Assembly (NCBI GenBank): GCA_963808625.1
Contig: CAWEHK010000020.1
Coordinates: 1 to 20,244, forward strand
Length of the DNA stretch: 20,244 nucleotides
Direction of reading: 5' to 3'
Source of the DNA: an uncultured delta proteobacterium
GTDB lineage: Bacteria > Desulfobacterota > Syntrophobacteria > Syntrophobacterales > Syntrophobacteraceae
Under the pieces are notes generated by a model. That model saw nothing but the letters and a program-made list of their open reading frames with translations, searched no databases and was not told the origin of the DNA. Positions 1 through 8,584 of the stretch are shown piece by piece; position 1 is the first letter of the stretch, and the number at the start of each line of letters is the position of its first letter. The position numbers and the translations under genes were made by a program.

Positions 1-57
1 TCCTACCTTGGCATCTGTGACAAGGAAGTCAACGGAATGCTGATGAACGAGATCTAG
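1..57 (+). CDS. 3' end of a probable tyrosine recombinase/integrase (partial, runs in from the left edge)
   Basis: Frame +1 reads SYLGICDKEVNGMLMNEI* (TAG 55-57). It resembles the '...T.xYLGI.D.EV...L.NEI' C-terminus carrying the catalytic Tyr of small tyrosine recombinases, recognised from memory on only 18 aa. It lies about 320 nt from a tRNA 3' end. Confidence 0.5.
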   Translation, partial: SYLGICDKEVNGMLMNEI

Positions 58-333
58 GGAGCCCCCCTCGGTCTATCTCTTACAGGGGGGTGCCCCAAGC
101 GAGAAGGGGTAGTGAGCACGGAATTTTTTGTAACCTTCTTCGATGTCAAACGCTTGCCTCAGAAGCGGTTTCTTCGAGGAAGAGCTTATCCAAGCTTCAA
201 GTCATCTTCCGGAAATTGAGGTGCAATCAGAATGGTCTGCAAGGAATAGCTTATTGTCGCAGAGAATGACTGTGGATAAGGTTTTTGTTGCTATGTCAGG
301 CGTCGGTCGTGCGCGTAATATGCGCGCAAAACG

Positions 334-365
334 AAAAGGGGTTTACGGTGTTTCCGTAAACCCTT
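334..365 (-). terminator. Intrinsic terminator downstream of tRNA-Ala
   Basis: Perfect 10-bp stem gggtttacgg (339-348) / ccgtaaaccc (354-363) with a 5-nt loop, followed on the minus strand by CTTTTCGTTTT. Confidence 0.75.
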
Positions 366-373
366 GATTTTTC

Positions 374-449
<76 letters not shown>

Positions 450-461
450 GAAACGAATGTA

Positions 462-490
462 TCAATACCGAACGGGAGAACTGATGTCAA
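462..490 (-). promoter_or_regulatory. Putative sigma70 promoter for tRNA-Ala
   Basis: Minus strand TTGACA (490-485), 17-nt spacer, TATTGA (467-462), 12 nt before the tRNA 5' end. Confidence 0.55.
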
Positions 491-531
491 TCCTTTTCCC
501 GCCATTTCCCCCGAGCGCCGGCAACTTTTTC

Positions 532-560
532 TTGACACCGTAACGAATAGCTAGCATAAA
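532..560 (+). promoter_or_regulatory. Putative sigma70 promoter for tRNA-Leu
   Basis: TTGACA (532-537), 17-nt spacer, CATAAA (555-560), 13 nt before the tRNA. It is back-to-back with the tRNA-Ala promoter. Confidence 0.55.
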
Positions 561-573
561 GTCGGACGACTGG

Positions 574-661
574 GCCGGAGTGGTGAAACAGGTAGACGCG
601 CTGGACTCAAAATCCAGTGACCCTTGCGGTCGTGAGAGTTCGATTCTCTCCTCCGGCACCA
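574..661 (+). tRNA. tRNA-Leu(CAA)
   Basis: GCCGGAG...CTCCGGC-A-CCA acceptor stem, anticodon arm CTGGA-CTCAAAA-TCCAG (anticodon CAA), long variable arm, GAGAG-TTCGATT-CTCTC T-arm; 88 nt. Confidence 0.98.
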
Positions 662-743
662 GAAACCCCAAAAGGCTTCCTCTCAACCTGCTTGGACCAG
701 CATTCCGTCGGGACAGATGGTCGCACTGCGGTCGTTAGCGCCT

Positions 744-1352
744 TCAAAATTTGGAGCGGCTCTCCCACCAGTCTTTCTTTGTCCCCTGGACCAGGTCCAT
801 GCCCTCGCCCGGATAGATGGCTTGATCCTCCGCACCTGTCGGCGTTGGCACGGGCCACTTGCCGGGTTGTGCTTCGGGACCCTCCAGGGTGGTCTCAGAG
901 GGCGCTGAATCGACCATGCGGGGCCGTTCCCGAACATTAACGCCCGGCACACTCCAGCTGAACTCAATGGGAATGCCGTTGGGATCGAAGGAATAAACAG
1001 AATGGATGAAGCCGTGATCAATAACCTCGGAAACCCAAAAGCCGGCAGCATCCAAACGCCCTTTCACGCCCCAGAGATCATCCTCCGCCTCAACACCGAA
1101 GGAGATGTGATCAAAAACGAAAGGTCCTCTCACCGGATAGCCGTGATCCTTTTCAACCAAGGGTTCGACCTCGGACCATTCGAAAAACGCCAGAAAATCG
1201 TTGGCCGAAATCTCAAAGAAGTAATGCCGATACCCCGGCTTCCCAAGCCCGGCAACCAGCCTCATCCCCAACAGGTCCCGCCAGAAACGTATGGTCGCAT
1301 CCATGTCCTTTGTGGCCATAGCCAAGTGGTGAATGCCGTTGAACTTTATCAT
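744..1352 (-). CDS. VOC (glyoxalase/bleomycin resistance/dioxygenase) family protein
   Basis: N-terminal GIHHLAM...D...TIRFWRDLLGM, central FDHISFGV and SVYSFDPNGIPIE motifs typical of VOC folds; AAGGAA RBS upstream on the minus strand. Confidence 0.85.
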   Translation of the reverse strand: MIKFNGIHHLAMATKDMDATIRFWRDLLGMRLVAGLGKPGYRHYFFEISANDFLAFFEWSEVEPLVEKDHGYPVRGPFVFDHISFGVEAEDDLWGVKGRLDAAGFWVSEVIDHGFIHSVYSFDPNGIPIEFSWSVPGVNVRERPRMVDSAPSETTLEGPEAQPGKWPVPTPTGAEDQAIYPGEGMDLVQGTKKDWWESRSKF

Positions 1353-1710
1353 GGTCGTTTTCCTTAAGGTCCGGGATTTGAGGCGGAGACCGTTCGCCTC
1401 TGCTGCTGCTTACCTGGGAGCGACGCTATTCTCTGCCGTCTCCACGCCGAATGCTATCCGAAATTTTGCCCGCAATCAAATTGTTATCATGGCCGGAGCG
1501 GGGTATCGGGAGTAAGCGGAAGATTTCTGTTTGGCCGCGCTCCCGCGTCGGCACCTTCTGGCTCCACCCTCCGGCCCGTGGCTCGCCGCAGAAGAACCGT
1601 GAAATCGCCGGGCGGCGTTTACCGCCGAGTGGGGTAAGGGGCCGGTGTCCTCATGCCCCACCATCGCCGCGCCCAAAAATGAGAATTGATGCACAAATGA
1701 CGTTTCGACC

Positions 1711-1761
1711 TTGACACCAAATCACAATTTGATTAAGTGGTCACATTCTTGCTTAAGTGGT
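1711..1761 (+). promoter_or_regulatory. Putative dsrTMKJOP promoter region with repeat motifs
   Basis: Perfect TTGACA (1711-1716), 17-nt spacer, weak -10 TAAGTG (1734-1739). AT-rich patch with an AATCA-N5-TGATT palindrome and a TTAAGTGGT direct repeat (1733, 1753). Confidence 0.4.
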
Positions 1762-1934
1762 TTGACTTCCGACAGTTGCTCCGCCGTTGCTTGCTTTTCC
1801 TGCGGATTATAGATCTTGCGAGTGTGGTTCGGCTTTGAGTTTTGAGAGAGAGGGGGGATAGAACGCCTAAAGTCCGGTTCGGCAATCACTAACCGTTTTC
1901 GCGAATGAAGAAATCGTCAAGGAACGCCGTGAAT

Positions 1935-2489
1935 ATGAATCTTGACAATCTTTTGTCACAGCAGCGCAGCACCATCATCAAGAAGTGGTTCAACCGCGTG
2001 GTGGAGACTTACGCTCCAGAAACCGCCAGATTGCTGCAGAAGGAATCCAACCAGTTCGCCAATCCTGTGGGACACACCATTCTTCATGGGATTCAGGCCA
2101 TCTATGACGAATTTCTGCACGGTATGGATGGTGAGAAACTCGCTCCTCATCTTGACCGCATCATCCGCATCAGGGCGGTGCAAGATTTTTCTCCCGCGCA
2201 GGCAATTTCGTTCGTTTTCTTTTTGAAGCAGATTGTCAGGGACGAGTTAAAGAATCATATTCACGAGAATCAAATCCCCTCCTCTGAAGTCGTAGTCTTC
2301 GAGTCCAAAGTCGATCAACTGGCCCTGCTTGCGTTCGACATCTACATGCAGTGCCGGGAGAAACTCTTTGAAGTTCGTCTGAATGAGTTCAAAATGAGGA
2401 CTTTCAGGCTCTTGCAGAGGGCCAACCTGTTGGCTGAAATTCCGGAGTGGGATCCGAAAGGAAAGGGCATTAACCATCAAGAAACCTGA
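1935..2489 (+). CDS. dsrT: DsrT (RsbRD N-terminal domain protein)
   Basis: W...V.TY......L.....FANPVG and LD.IIRIRAVQDFSPAQA.SFVF.LK motifs, directly upstream of dsrM. Start uncertain (ATG 1905, GTG 1929 or ATG 1935; AAGGA at 1919-1923). Confidence 0.88.
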   Translation: MNLDNLLSQQRSTIIKKWFNRVVETYAPETARLLQKESNQFANPVGHTILHGIQAIYDEFLHGMDGEKLAPHLDRIIRIRAVQDFSPAQAISFVFFLKQIVRDELKNHIHENQIPSSEVVVFESKVDQLALLAFDIYMQCREKLFEVRLNEFKMRTFRLLQRANLLAEIPEWDPKGKGINHQET

Positions 2490-2514
2490 CTCTTTAGAAG
2501 CGAGGGATTGCTCA

Positions 2515-3507
2515 ATGGGTATCAAGTTTTCGTTACTCGTAGTCGCGGCGCTCATTGCAGTTGTCTTCCTGGGAGTGAAGGTGGTCGGCATGTACTATGT
2601 TTTTGGGGTGATTATACCTTATCTGGCCATCCTCACCTTTGTTGGCGGATTTGTGTACCGGATCATGAACTGGGCGCGGTCGCCGGTACCGTTCGCCATC
2701 CCGACAACTGCCGGGCAGCAGTATTCGTTTCCATGGATCAAGCAAAACAAGCTCGATAACCCCTCCACGACGGCCGGGGTGATCGGCAGGATGGCGCTGG
2801 AAGTCCTGCTCTTCCGCTCCCTTTTCCGCAACAGCAAGGTGGAACTGCGGGACGGGCCGAAGCTTACCTATCAATGGGAAAAGTGGCTGTGGCTGGCAGG
2901 TTTGCTCTTTCACTGGTCTTTTCTGGTCATTTTCATCAGACACCTCAGGTTCTTTACCGAACCGGTCCCGGGTTTTGTCCACCTGGCCGACACCCTTGAC
3001 GGCATCTTACAGGTTGGCCTTCCGGGTATCTACCTCACGGATGGGCTTATTCTGGTCACGGTGACTTACCTGTTCATCAGACGGGTGGTGATTCCCCAGA
3101 TTAAGTACATCTCCCTTCCGGCCGACTACTTCCCGCTGTTCCTGCTCCTGGCTTTGGCGACGACCGGCATTCTGATGCGCTACTTCATCAGGGTGGACCT
3201 TCTGAAGGTCAAGGAACTGGCCATGGGGCTCGCCAGCTTTCATCCGACGGTCCCCGAAGGCATTGGAGTGATGTTCTTTATTCACTTCTTCCTGGTCTGC
3301 ACCCTCTTCGCTTACTTCCCCTTCAGCAAACTGATGCACCTCGGCGGTGTCTTTCTCAGCCCGACCAGGAACCTCCCCAATGACAGCCGCATGGTCAGGC
3401 ATGTCAATCCGTGGAATTATCCGGTGAAGGTCCATACCTACGAAGAATATGAGGACCACTTCCGGGAAAAGATGATTGAAGCCGGACTACCCGTGGAAAA
3501 GGAGTAA
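2515..3507 (+). CDS. dsrM: DsrM, NarI-like membrane cytochrome b of the DsrMKJOP complex
   Basis: Multi-pass hydrophobic protein with PF.IPTT.GQQ, LFHWSFLVIFIRHLRFF, YFPFSKLMH and SPTRN...D.R..RH.NPWN motifs; operon position. Confidence 0.96.
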   Translation: MGIKFSLLVVAALIAVVFLGVKVVGMYYVFGVIIPYLAILTFVGGFVYRIMNWARSPVPFAIPTTAGQQYSFPWIKQNKLDNPSTTAGVIGRMALEVLLFRSLFRNSKVELRDGPKLTYQWEKWLWLAGLLFHWSFLVIFIRHLRFFTEPVPGFVHLADTLDGILQVGLPGIYLTDGLILVTVTYLFIRRVVIPQIKYISLPADYFPLFLLLALATTGILMRYFIRVDLLKVKELAMGLASFHPTVPEGIGVMFFIHFFLVCTLFAYFPFSKLMHLGGVFLSPTRNLPNDSRMVRHVNPWNYPVKVHTYEEYEDHFREKMIEAGLPVEKE

Positions 3508-3515
3508 AAACAGCT

Positions 3516-5135
3516 ATGGCAACAGTCCCGAAACCGCACGAACTCGTCATCGACCACAAGCCGCCGCAAACGGGATGGATGGATACACCCGTTGACTTCA
3601 GGCCGGGTACGTGGTGCTACGGTGCAAAGTCAAAAAATCTCATTGCTCTTGACTTGCCCAACCCCAGGGAATGGTCTCCGGGCGATGAGGATTGGAAGCT
3701 TCCCGAGAATTGGAAGGAAATCATCCTCGAGGGGATCAGAGAACGACTCGAAAAGTATCGTTCCTTCAAAATTTTCATGGACATCTGCGTCCGTTGCGGG
3801 GCTTGTGCCGACAAATGCCACTTCTGGATCGGCACCGGAGACCCCAAGAATATGCCGGTGTTACGGGCAGAACTGCTGCGATCGGTTTATCGCAACGATT
3901 TTACCACGGCAGGGAAGCTCCTCGGTAAGATGGCGGGCGCCCGGGAACTTACCATGGACGTCTTCAAGGAATGGTTTTACTACTTCTTCCAATGCACCGA
4001 ATGCCGCCGCTGCTCGCTATTCTGCCCATACGGCATCGACACCGCGGAAATCACCCTCATGGCTCGCGAGCTCCTCAACCTCGTGGGCTGCAGCATCGAC
4101 TGGATTGCCGGTCCTGCGGCCAACTGCTTTAACAATGGCAATCACCTCGGCATCCAGCCCCATGCGTTTAAAGACATGATCGAGTTTTTCGTCGACGAAA
4201 TCGAAGCGGTAAACGGGATCCGAGTGGAGCCCACGTTCAACCGCAAGGGTGCGGAAGTGCTCTTTATCACTCCCTCGGGAGACGTCTTCGCCGACCCGGG
4301 CACCTACACCCTCATGGGTTATCTCATGCTGTTCCATGAGATTGGGCTGGATTACACCTGGAGCACCTACGCCTCGGAGGGCGGAAACTTCGGCTTCTTC
4401 ACCTCCCACGAAATGATGAAGCGGCTGAACGCGAAGATGTACGCCGAGGCCAAACGCCTGGGCGTGAAATGGATCCTGGGCGGTGAGTGCGGCCATATGT
4501 GGCGCGTCATCAACCAGTACATGGACACCATGAACGGCCCGGCCGACTTCCTCGAGGTGCCGGTATCACCCATAACGGGGACCCGTTTCGAAAATGCCCG
4601 GGCAACCAAGATGACGCACATTGTCGAGTTCACTGCCGATCTCATCAAACACGGCAAGCTCAAGCTCGACCCCAGCCGCAATGACCACCACCGGGTGACC
4701 TACCACGATTCCTGTAACACCGCGAGGGGCATGGGACTCTTGGAAGAGCCGCGTTATGTCCTCAAAAATGTGTGCAACAACTTCTTTGAGATGCCGGCCG
4801 GCACGACGCGGGAGCAAACCTTCTGCTGCGGGTCGGGGTCCGGACTGAATACCGACGAATACATGGAAATCCGGATGCGCGGCGGTCTCCCCAGGGCAAA
4901 CGCGGTCCAGTATGTGCACGACAAGCACGACGTCAACATGATGGCCTGCATTTGCGCCATTGACCGGGCCGTGCTGACCGCGTCCATGAATTATTGGGTT
5001 CCCGGAGTAGGGGTCACCGGCGTGCACGAACTGGTGGGGAACGCCCTGGTGATGGAGGGAGAAACGGAGCGGACCACAGACCTTCGCGGGGAACCCCTAG
5101 CAGGAATGGAGGAGAGCGAAGATGAAGATCTATAA
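3516..5135 (+). CDS. dsrK: DsrK, HdrD-like Fe-S subunit
   Basis: CVRCGACADKC and CTECRRCSLFCPYG 4Fe-4S motifs, plus the CCG-domain signatures GGECGH, YHDSCN, TFCCGSG and CAID. Confidence 0.97.
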   Translation: MATVPKPHELVIDHKPPQTGWMDTPVDFRPGTWCYGAKSKNLIALDLPNPREWSPGDEDWKLPENWKEIILEGIRERLEKYRSFKIFMDICVRCGACADKCHFWIGTGDPKNMPVLRAELLRSVYRNDFTTAGKLLGKMAGARELTMDVFKEWFYYFFQCTECRRCSLFCPYGIDTAEITLMARELLNLVGCSIDWIAGPAANCFNNGNHLGIQPHAFKDMIEFFVDEIEAVNGIRVEPTFNRKGAEVLFITPSGDVFADPGTYTLMGYLMLFHEIGLDYTWSTYASEGGNFGFFTSHEMMKRLNAKMYAEAKRLGVKWILGGECGHMWRVINQYMDTMNGPADFLEVPVSPITGTRFENARATKMTHIVEFTADLIKHGKLKLDPSRNDHHRVTYHDSCNTARGMGLLEEPRYVLKNVCNNFFEMPAGTTREQTFCCGSGSGLNTDEYMEIRMRGGLPRANAVQYVHDKHDVNMMACICAIDRAVLTASMNYWVPGVGVTGVHELVGNALVMEGETERTTDLRGEPLAGMEESEDEDL

Positions 5136-5536
5136 CGCCAACAAAATCATCCCCGGGACTGATCATCTTTCTGGGTTTGATCACTTTTCCCCTATGGTTC
5201 AGCATGGGCAAGGCCGCACCCCCACCGGAAATAAAGCTCGACACGCCGGTTATCCAGCAAATGGCCGTAAAGCAGTGTGTGCTGCCCAAGGCGGAGATGC
5301 GGACCGGGCACATGCAGATCCTGAACGACTGGCGCACGCAGGTGGTGCGTAATGGCCATCGGGTATACGTCGCCGCGGATGGCAAGGAATACAACATGAG
5401 CCTGCAGAATGAGTGTGTGCGATGCCATTCGAACAAGACCCAGTTCTGTGACCAATGCCATGTATATGCCGGGCTGCAACTGGGAAGTGTTCCCTATTGC
5501 TGGACCTGCCACATCGCCCCAAAGGAGGCCAAGTGA
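5122..5536 (+). pseudogene. dsrJ: DsrJ triheme cytochrome c, interrupted by a +1 frameshift (real or sequencing artefact)
   Basis: ATG 5122 (GGAGGAG upstream) gives MKIYNANKIIP; the rest (GLIIFLGLITFPLW...CVRCH, CDQCH, CWTCH) is in the +1 frame. One extra base lies in CCCCGGG (5151-5157). TGA 5534-5536 overlaps the dsrO ATG. Confidence 0.9.
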
Positions 5537-6318
5537 TGGAAACGAACAGAAGAAGCTTCTTGAAACTCGGCGGACTCTGTGCATTGGGGCTTGGGGCCTT
5601 ACCGGTCGTCGATGCACTGGGTACCAGTGACCTGCCGAAGGTCATGGATAACCCGCAGGCCCTGGTCGGCAAGCGCTGGGCCATGGTTGTGGATATGAAG
5701 AAATGCTGGGAAAAGGGGAAACCTGGATGCAAAGACTGCATCCTCGCCTGCCACGTGACCCACAATGTCCCCGATATTGAATCCGTCAAGGAGGAAGTCA
5801 AGTGGCTCTGGACTGAGCCCTTCGAAAATGCGTTCCCTGGTCAGGAAAGCCTTTTCATGCCCGAAGATGTCAAAGAGAAACCTTTTATGGTACTTTGCAA
5901 CCATTGCGCGCAGGCACCCTGCGTCAGGGTTTGCCCCACCCAGGCCACGTTCAAGCGACCGGACGGCATTACCATGATGGATTTTCATCGCTGCATCGGA
6001 TGCCGCTACTGCATGGCCGGCTGCCCTTATGGAGCGCGGAGCTTCAACTGGAAAGACCCGCGCAACTTCATCAAGACCGAGTTGAATATGACCTTCCCGA
6101 CAAGAGAGCGCGGCGTGGTTGAGAAATGCAACTTCTGCGACGAGCGACTGGCCGTCGGCAAGCTCCCTGCCTGTGTGGAAGCCTGTAAGGCCGGCGGTCT
6201 GGCTTTTGGTGATCTGGAAGATCCCAATTCGGAGGTGCGGAAAATTCTTGCGTCCCATTTCACCATTCGCCGCAAACCCGAACTTGGGACTGATCCCAGC
6301 GTTTACTACATCATTTGA
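5536..6318 (+). CDS. dsrO: DsrO, periplasmic NrfC-like Fe-S protein
   Basis: Tat signal METNRRSFLK; CNHCAQAPCVRVCP, CIGCRYCMAGCPY and KCNFC motifs; AAGGAGG RBS and TGATG coupling to dsrJ. Confidence 0.96.
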   Translation: METNRRSFLKLGGLCALGLGALPVVDALGTSDLPKVMDNPQALVGKRWAMVVDMKKCWEKGKPGCKDCILACHVTHNVPDIESVKEEVKWLWTEPFENAFPGQESLFMPEDVKEKPFMVLCNHCAQAPCVRVCPTQATFKRPDGITMMDFHRCIGCRYCMAGCPYGARSFNWKDPRNFIKTELNMTFPTRERGVVEKCNFCDERLAVGKLPACVEACKAGGLAFGDLEDPNSEVRKILASHFTIRRKPELGTDPSVYYII

Positions 6319-6328
6319 GAGGTGGGTT

Positions 6329-7483
6329 ATGCTTGATAGAGCCTTCACTGGAAGTCAAAGATACTACCGCTTGCTTATGGGGCTGCTGGTGTTCATGGGG
6401 CTGGGCTTTGCCGCCTATCTCTTTCAGCTCAATAAAGGTCTGACCATCACCGGCATGGGAAGGGATGTTTCCTGGGGGATCTACATCGCTCAGTTCACCT
6501 TCCTCGTCGGGGTGGCAGCATCAGCGGTAATGGTGGTCCTGCCCTACTACCTGCACAACATCAAGGTCTTCGGCAAGATCACCATATTGGGTGAGTTTCT
6601 GGCGGTTGCTTCGGTCACCATGTGTCTGCTGTTCATCATCGTCGACCTTGGGAAGCCCATGCGCCTCCTGAACGTACTGCTCTACCCTACCCCCAACTCG
6701 ATCCTGTTCTGGGACATGATCGTCTTGAACGGCTACCTGATCCTGAATATCCTGATCGGGTGGAATGTCCTGGATGCCGAACGCAAGGGGGTCCCCTATC
6801 CACACTGGGTCAAACCGCTCATCTACCTCTCCATCCCCTGGGCGATCAGTATCCATACCGTTACGGCGTTCCTGTACGCCGGTCTTCCCGCGCGCCATTA
6901 CTGGCTGACCGCGATCATGGCCGCCCGCTTTCTCTCGTCGGCGTTCTGCTCCGGTCCTGCTCTGCTGATTCTGCTGGCCTATACGGTCAAGAAGTACACC
7001 AAATTCGATCCGGGTCAGGAAGCCATCGAGAAACTGTCGATCATCATGACCTATGCGATGATCATCAGCGTGTTCTTTGTCGGTCTGGAGTTCTTCACCG
7101 CCTTCTACAGCCAGATTCCGTCGCATATGCATTCGCTGGTCTACCTTTTCAAAGGTCTTGAAGGCCACCGTTTTCTGGTGCCCTTTATGTGGCTCTTCGC
7201 CGGTCTGGCCGTGTTTGCCCTGGTGATGCTGCTCAACCCAAACACCAAGCGGGATGAAAAGAAACTCAAGATCGCCTGCGCCGCCGTGTTCTTCTCCATG
7301 TGGCTGGAAAAGGGCCTCGGACTCATTGTGGCGGGTTTCATTCCCAACCCCTTCGACCAGGTGCGCGAGTACTCGCCATCAATCCCTGAGATCATGATTG
7401 CACTGGGCGTGTGGGCAACCGGATTTTTTGTGCTGACGATACTCTACAAGATCGCCACCTCGGTTAAGGAAGAGGTGGCGTAG
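6329..7483 (+). CDS. dsrP: DsrP, NrfD/PsrC-family membrane protein
   Basis: TGMGRDVSWGIYIAQFTFLVGVAASA, DLGKP and SIHTVTAF motifs; many hydrophobic segments; GAGG RBS before ATG 6329. Confidence 0.96.
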   Translation: MLDRAFTGSQRYYRLLMGLLVFMGLGFAAYLFQLNKGLTITGMGRDVSWGIYIAQFTFLVGVAASAVMVVLPYYLHNIKVFGKITILGEFLAVASVTMCLLFIIVDLGKPMRLLNVLLYPTPNSILFWDMIVLNGYLILNILIGWNVLDAERKGVPYPHWVKPLIYLSIPWAISIHTVTAFLYAGLPARHYWLTAIMAARFLSSAFCSGPALLILLAYTVKKYTKFDPGQEAIEKLSIIMTYAMIISVFFVGLEFFTAFYSQIPSHMHSLVYLFKGLEGHRFLVPFMWLFAGLAVFALVMLLNPNTKRDEKKLKIACAAVFFSMWLEKGLGLIVAGFIPNPFDQVREYSPSIPEIMIALGVWATGFFVLTILYKIATSVKEEVA

Positions 7484-7489
7484 CGTCAA

Positions 7490-7562
7490 CTGTTGGCTGT
7501 GGCTTTGGCTCTTGGCTCTTAGCTGTTGGCCCTTGGCTCTCGTGGATCTTTGCTCTTGGCCT
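7490..7562. repeat. Degenerate heptamer tandem array (CTYTTGG-like)
   Basis: ctgttgg ctgtgg ctttgg ctcttgg ctcttag ctgttgg cccttgg ... ctcttgg directly after the dsrP stop. Confidence 0.75.
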
Positions 7563-7630
7563 CCAGTGAGGAGGGGCGCAATACCAGGGGGCAGCAGCTG
7601 ATCTCCACCACTGTTAGGTGAACTTTAAGG

Positions 7631-7670
7631 GAAAGGCTCATTTCCACATGAAATGGGCCTTTCTTGTTTT
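7631..7670 (+). terminator. Intrinsic terminator of the dsr operon
   Basis: 14-bp stem gaaaggctcatttc / gaaatgggcctttc (one G:U), 5-nt loop, followed by TTGTTTT. Confidence 0.8.
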
Positions 7671-7739
7671 AGTCATCGATTATTGTGATGGCCGCTAAAA
7701 TTTGCTATCAGACACATGATCGACGAGAGGAGCATCAAG

Positions 7740-8396
7740 ATGAGCAAAGAAATCCTGATCCTTTGTCTTGCCTCAACCTTTATGATCTCCGCATGTGCCG
7801 CGCCAGTGACGAACACGGAAAAGGGAACGGCTGCCGGTGTCGGTATCGGAGGTGCCGCGGGAGCCGTTCCCGGACAGACCAGCGGAAGGAATACCGGGTC
7901 CACCTTAACGGGGGCGGCTGCGGGTGCGGTCGTTGGCGGTATTGTCGGCAATACGATCGGGACCTACATGGATACGCAGGAACGCGAGTTTCAGCAGCTT
8001 GTGGCCGGTCGGAAAGGCACGACGGTCCAACGGTTGCAGGATAACCTGAGGATCTCCATGAAGTCCGACGCCCTTTTCGATGCCGGGTCTTCGTCGATCA
8101 AGCCGGGGGGCTATGATGAAATAGCCCGCATCGCCGACATTCTCAAGCGCTATCCCCGGACCCGCGTTACGGTTGAAGGCCACACCGACAACACCGGTTC
8201 CGGAAGCATTAACATGAGACTCTCCGAGGAACGCGCAAGAGCGGTGGGTGAAGCCCTTATTGCTCGGGGGGTTGACCCCGGGCGGGTCACCACCCTGGGA
8301 CTCGGGGAATCCAAGCCTCTTGGCAGTAACGCCATTGAAGCGGGCAGGCAATTGAACCGCAGGGTTTCACTGCTGATTGTTCCAATTCAGCCTTGA
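7740..8396 (+). CDS. OmpA-family lipoprotein (YiaD-like, glycine zipper plus OmpA C-terminal domain)
   Basis: Lipobox ISAC; GAAAGAVVGG glycine zipper; LFD, VEGHTDNTGS, N..LSEERA and NRRV peptidoglycan-binding motifs; GAGAGGAG RBS. Confidence 0.92.
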   Translation: MSKEILILCLASTFMISACAAPVTNTEKGTAAGVGIGGAAGAVPGQTSGRNTGSTLTGAAAGAVVGGIVGNTIGTYMDTQEREFQQLVAGRKGTTVQRLQDNLRISMKSDALFDAGSSSIKPGGYDEIARIADILKRYPRTRVTVEGHTDNTGSGSINMRLSEERARAVGEALIARGVDPGRVTTLGLGESKPLGSNAIEAGRQLNRRVSLLIVPIQP

Positions 8397-8584
8397 GAAG
8401 GTGTCCCAAAAGGCTCAAAAAGCGCCGTTGCAGTGATTGCCGCGAAGCTCCGGACGCTGGGGAAAACTCGATATCGTCATTCCCGAATGGTCTAGGCGGG
8501 AATCCAGGTACCGTTGGCTCCCTGGACCCCCGCCAAAATCACGCGGGGGTGACGACCCGAGGACCTCTTTGGACACGTTCCAAG
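8392..8584. mobile_element. MITE-like element A: TIR shell enclosing a GTCA-type REP palindrome
   Basis: Left end cttgagaaggtgtcccaaaagg matches the reverse complement of the right end, cttggaacgtgtccaaagagg. Core 8476-8553 is gtcattcccg...cgggaatccag...ctggacccccgc...gcgggggtgac. Confidence 0.7.

Noticed and set aside
57..95. C6/G6 hairpin after the putative integrase stop
   Set aside because: It has a large loop and no U tract on either strand, so it cannot be supported as a terminator.
271..279. Perfect DnaA box (TGTGGATAA), with a weak second match at 186-194
   Set aside because: One perfect 9-mer can occur by chance; there is no box cluster, unwinding element or dnaA context, so it is not called as an origin.
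143..367. 74-aa ORF between the integrase tail and tRNA-Ala
   Set aside because: No RBS or motif, and it runs through the tRNA terminator.
1380..1400. Hairpin gaggcgga-gaccg-ttcgcctc upstream of the VOC gene as a riboswitch or attenuator
   Set aside because: It is a short isolated stem with no U tract and no recognisable aptamer.
5122..5352. 76-aa ORF as an independent gene
   Set aside because: Only the first 11-12 codons are DsrJ-like; the rest is out-of-frame read-through caused by the frameshift.
5455..6328. Longer ORF-track starts for dsrO (5455) and dsrP (6119)
   Set aside because: They overlap upstream genes; RBS position, the Tat signal and stop-start coupling support 5536 and 6329.
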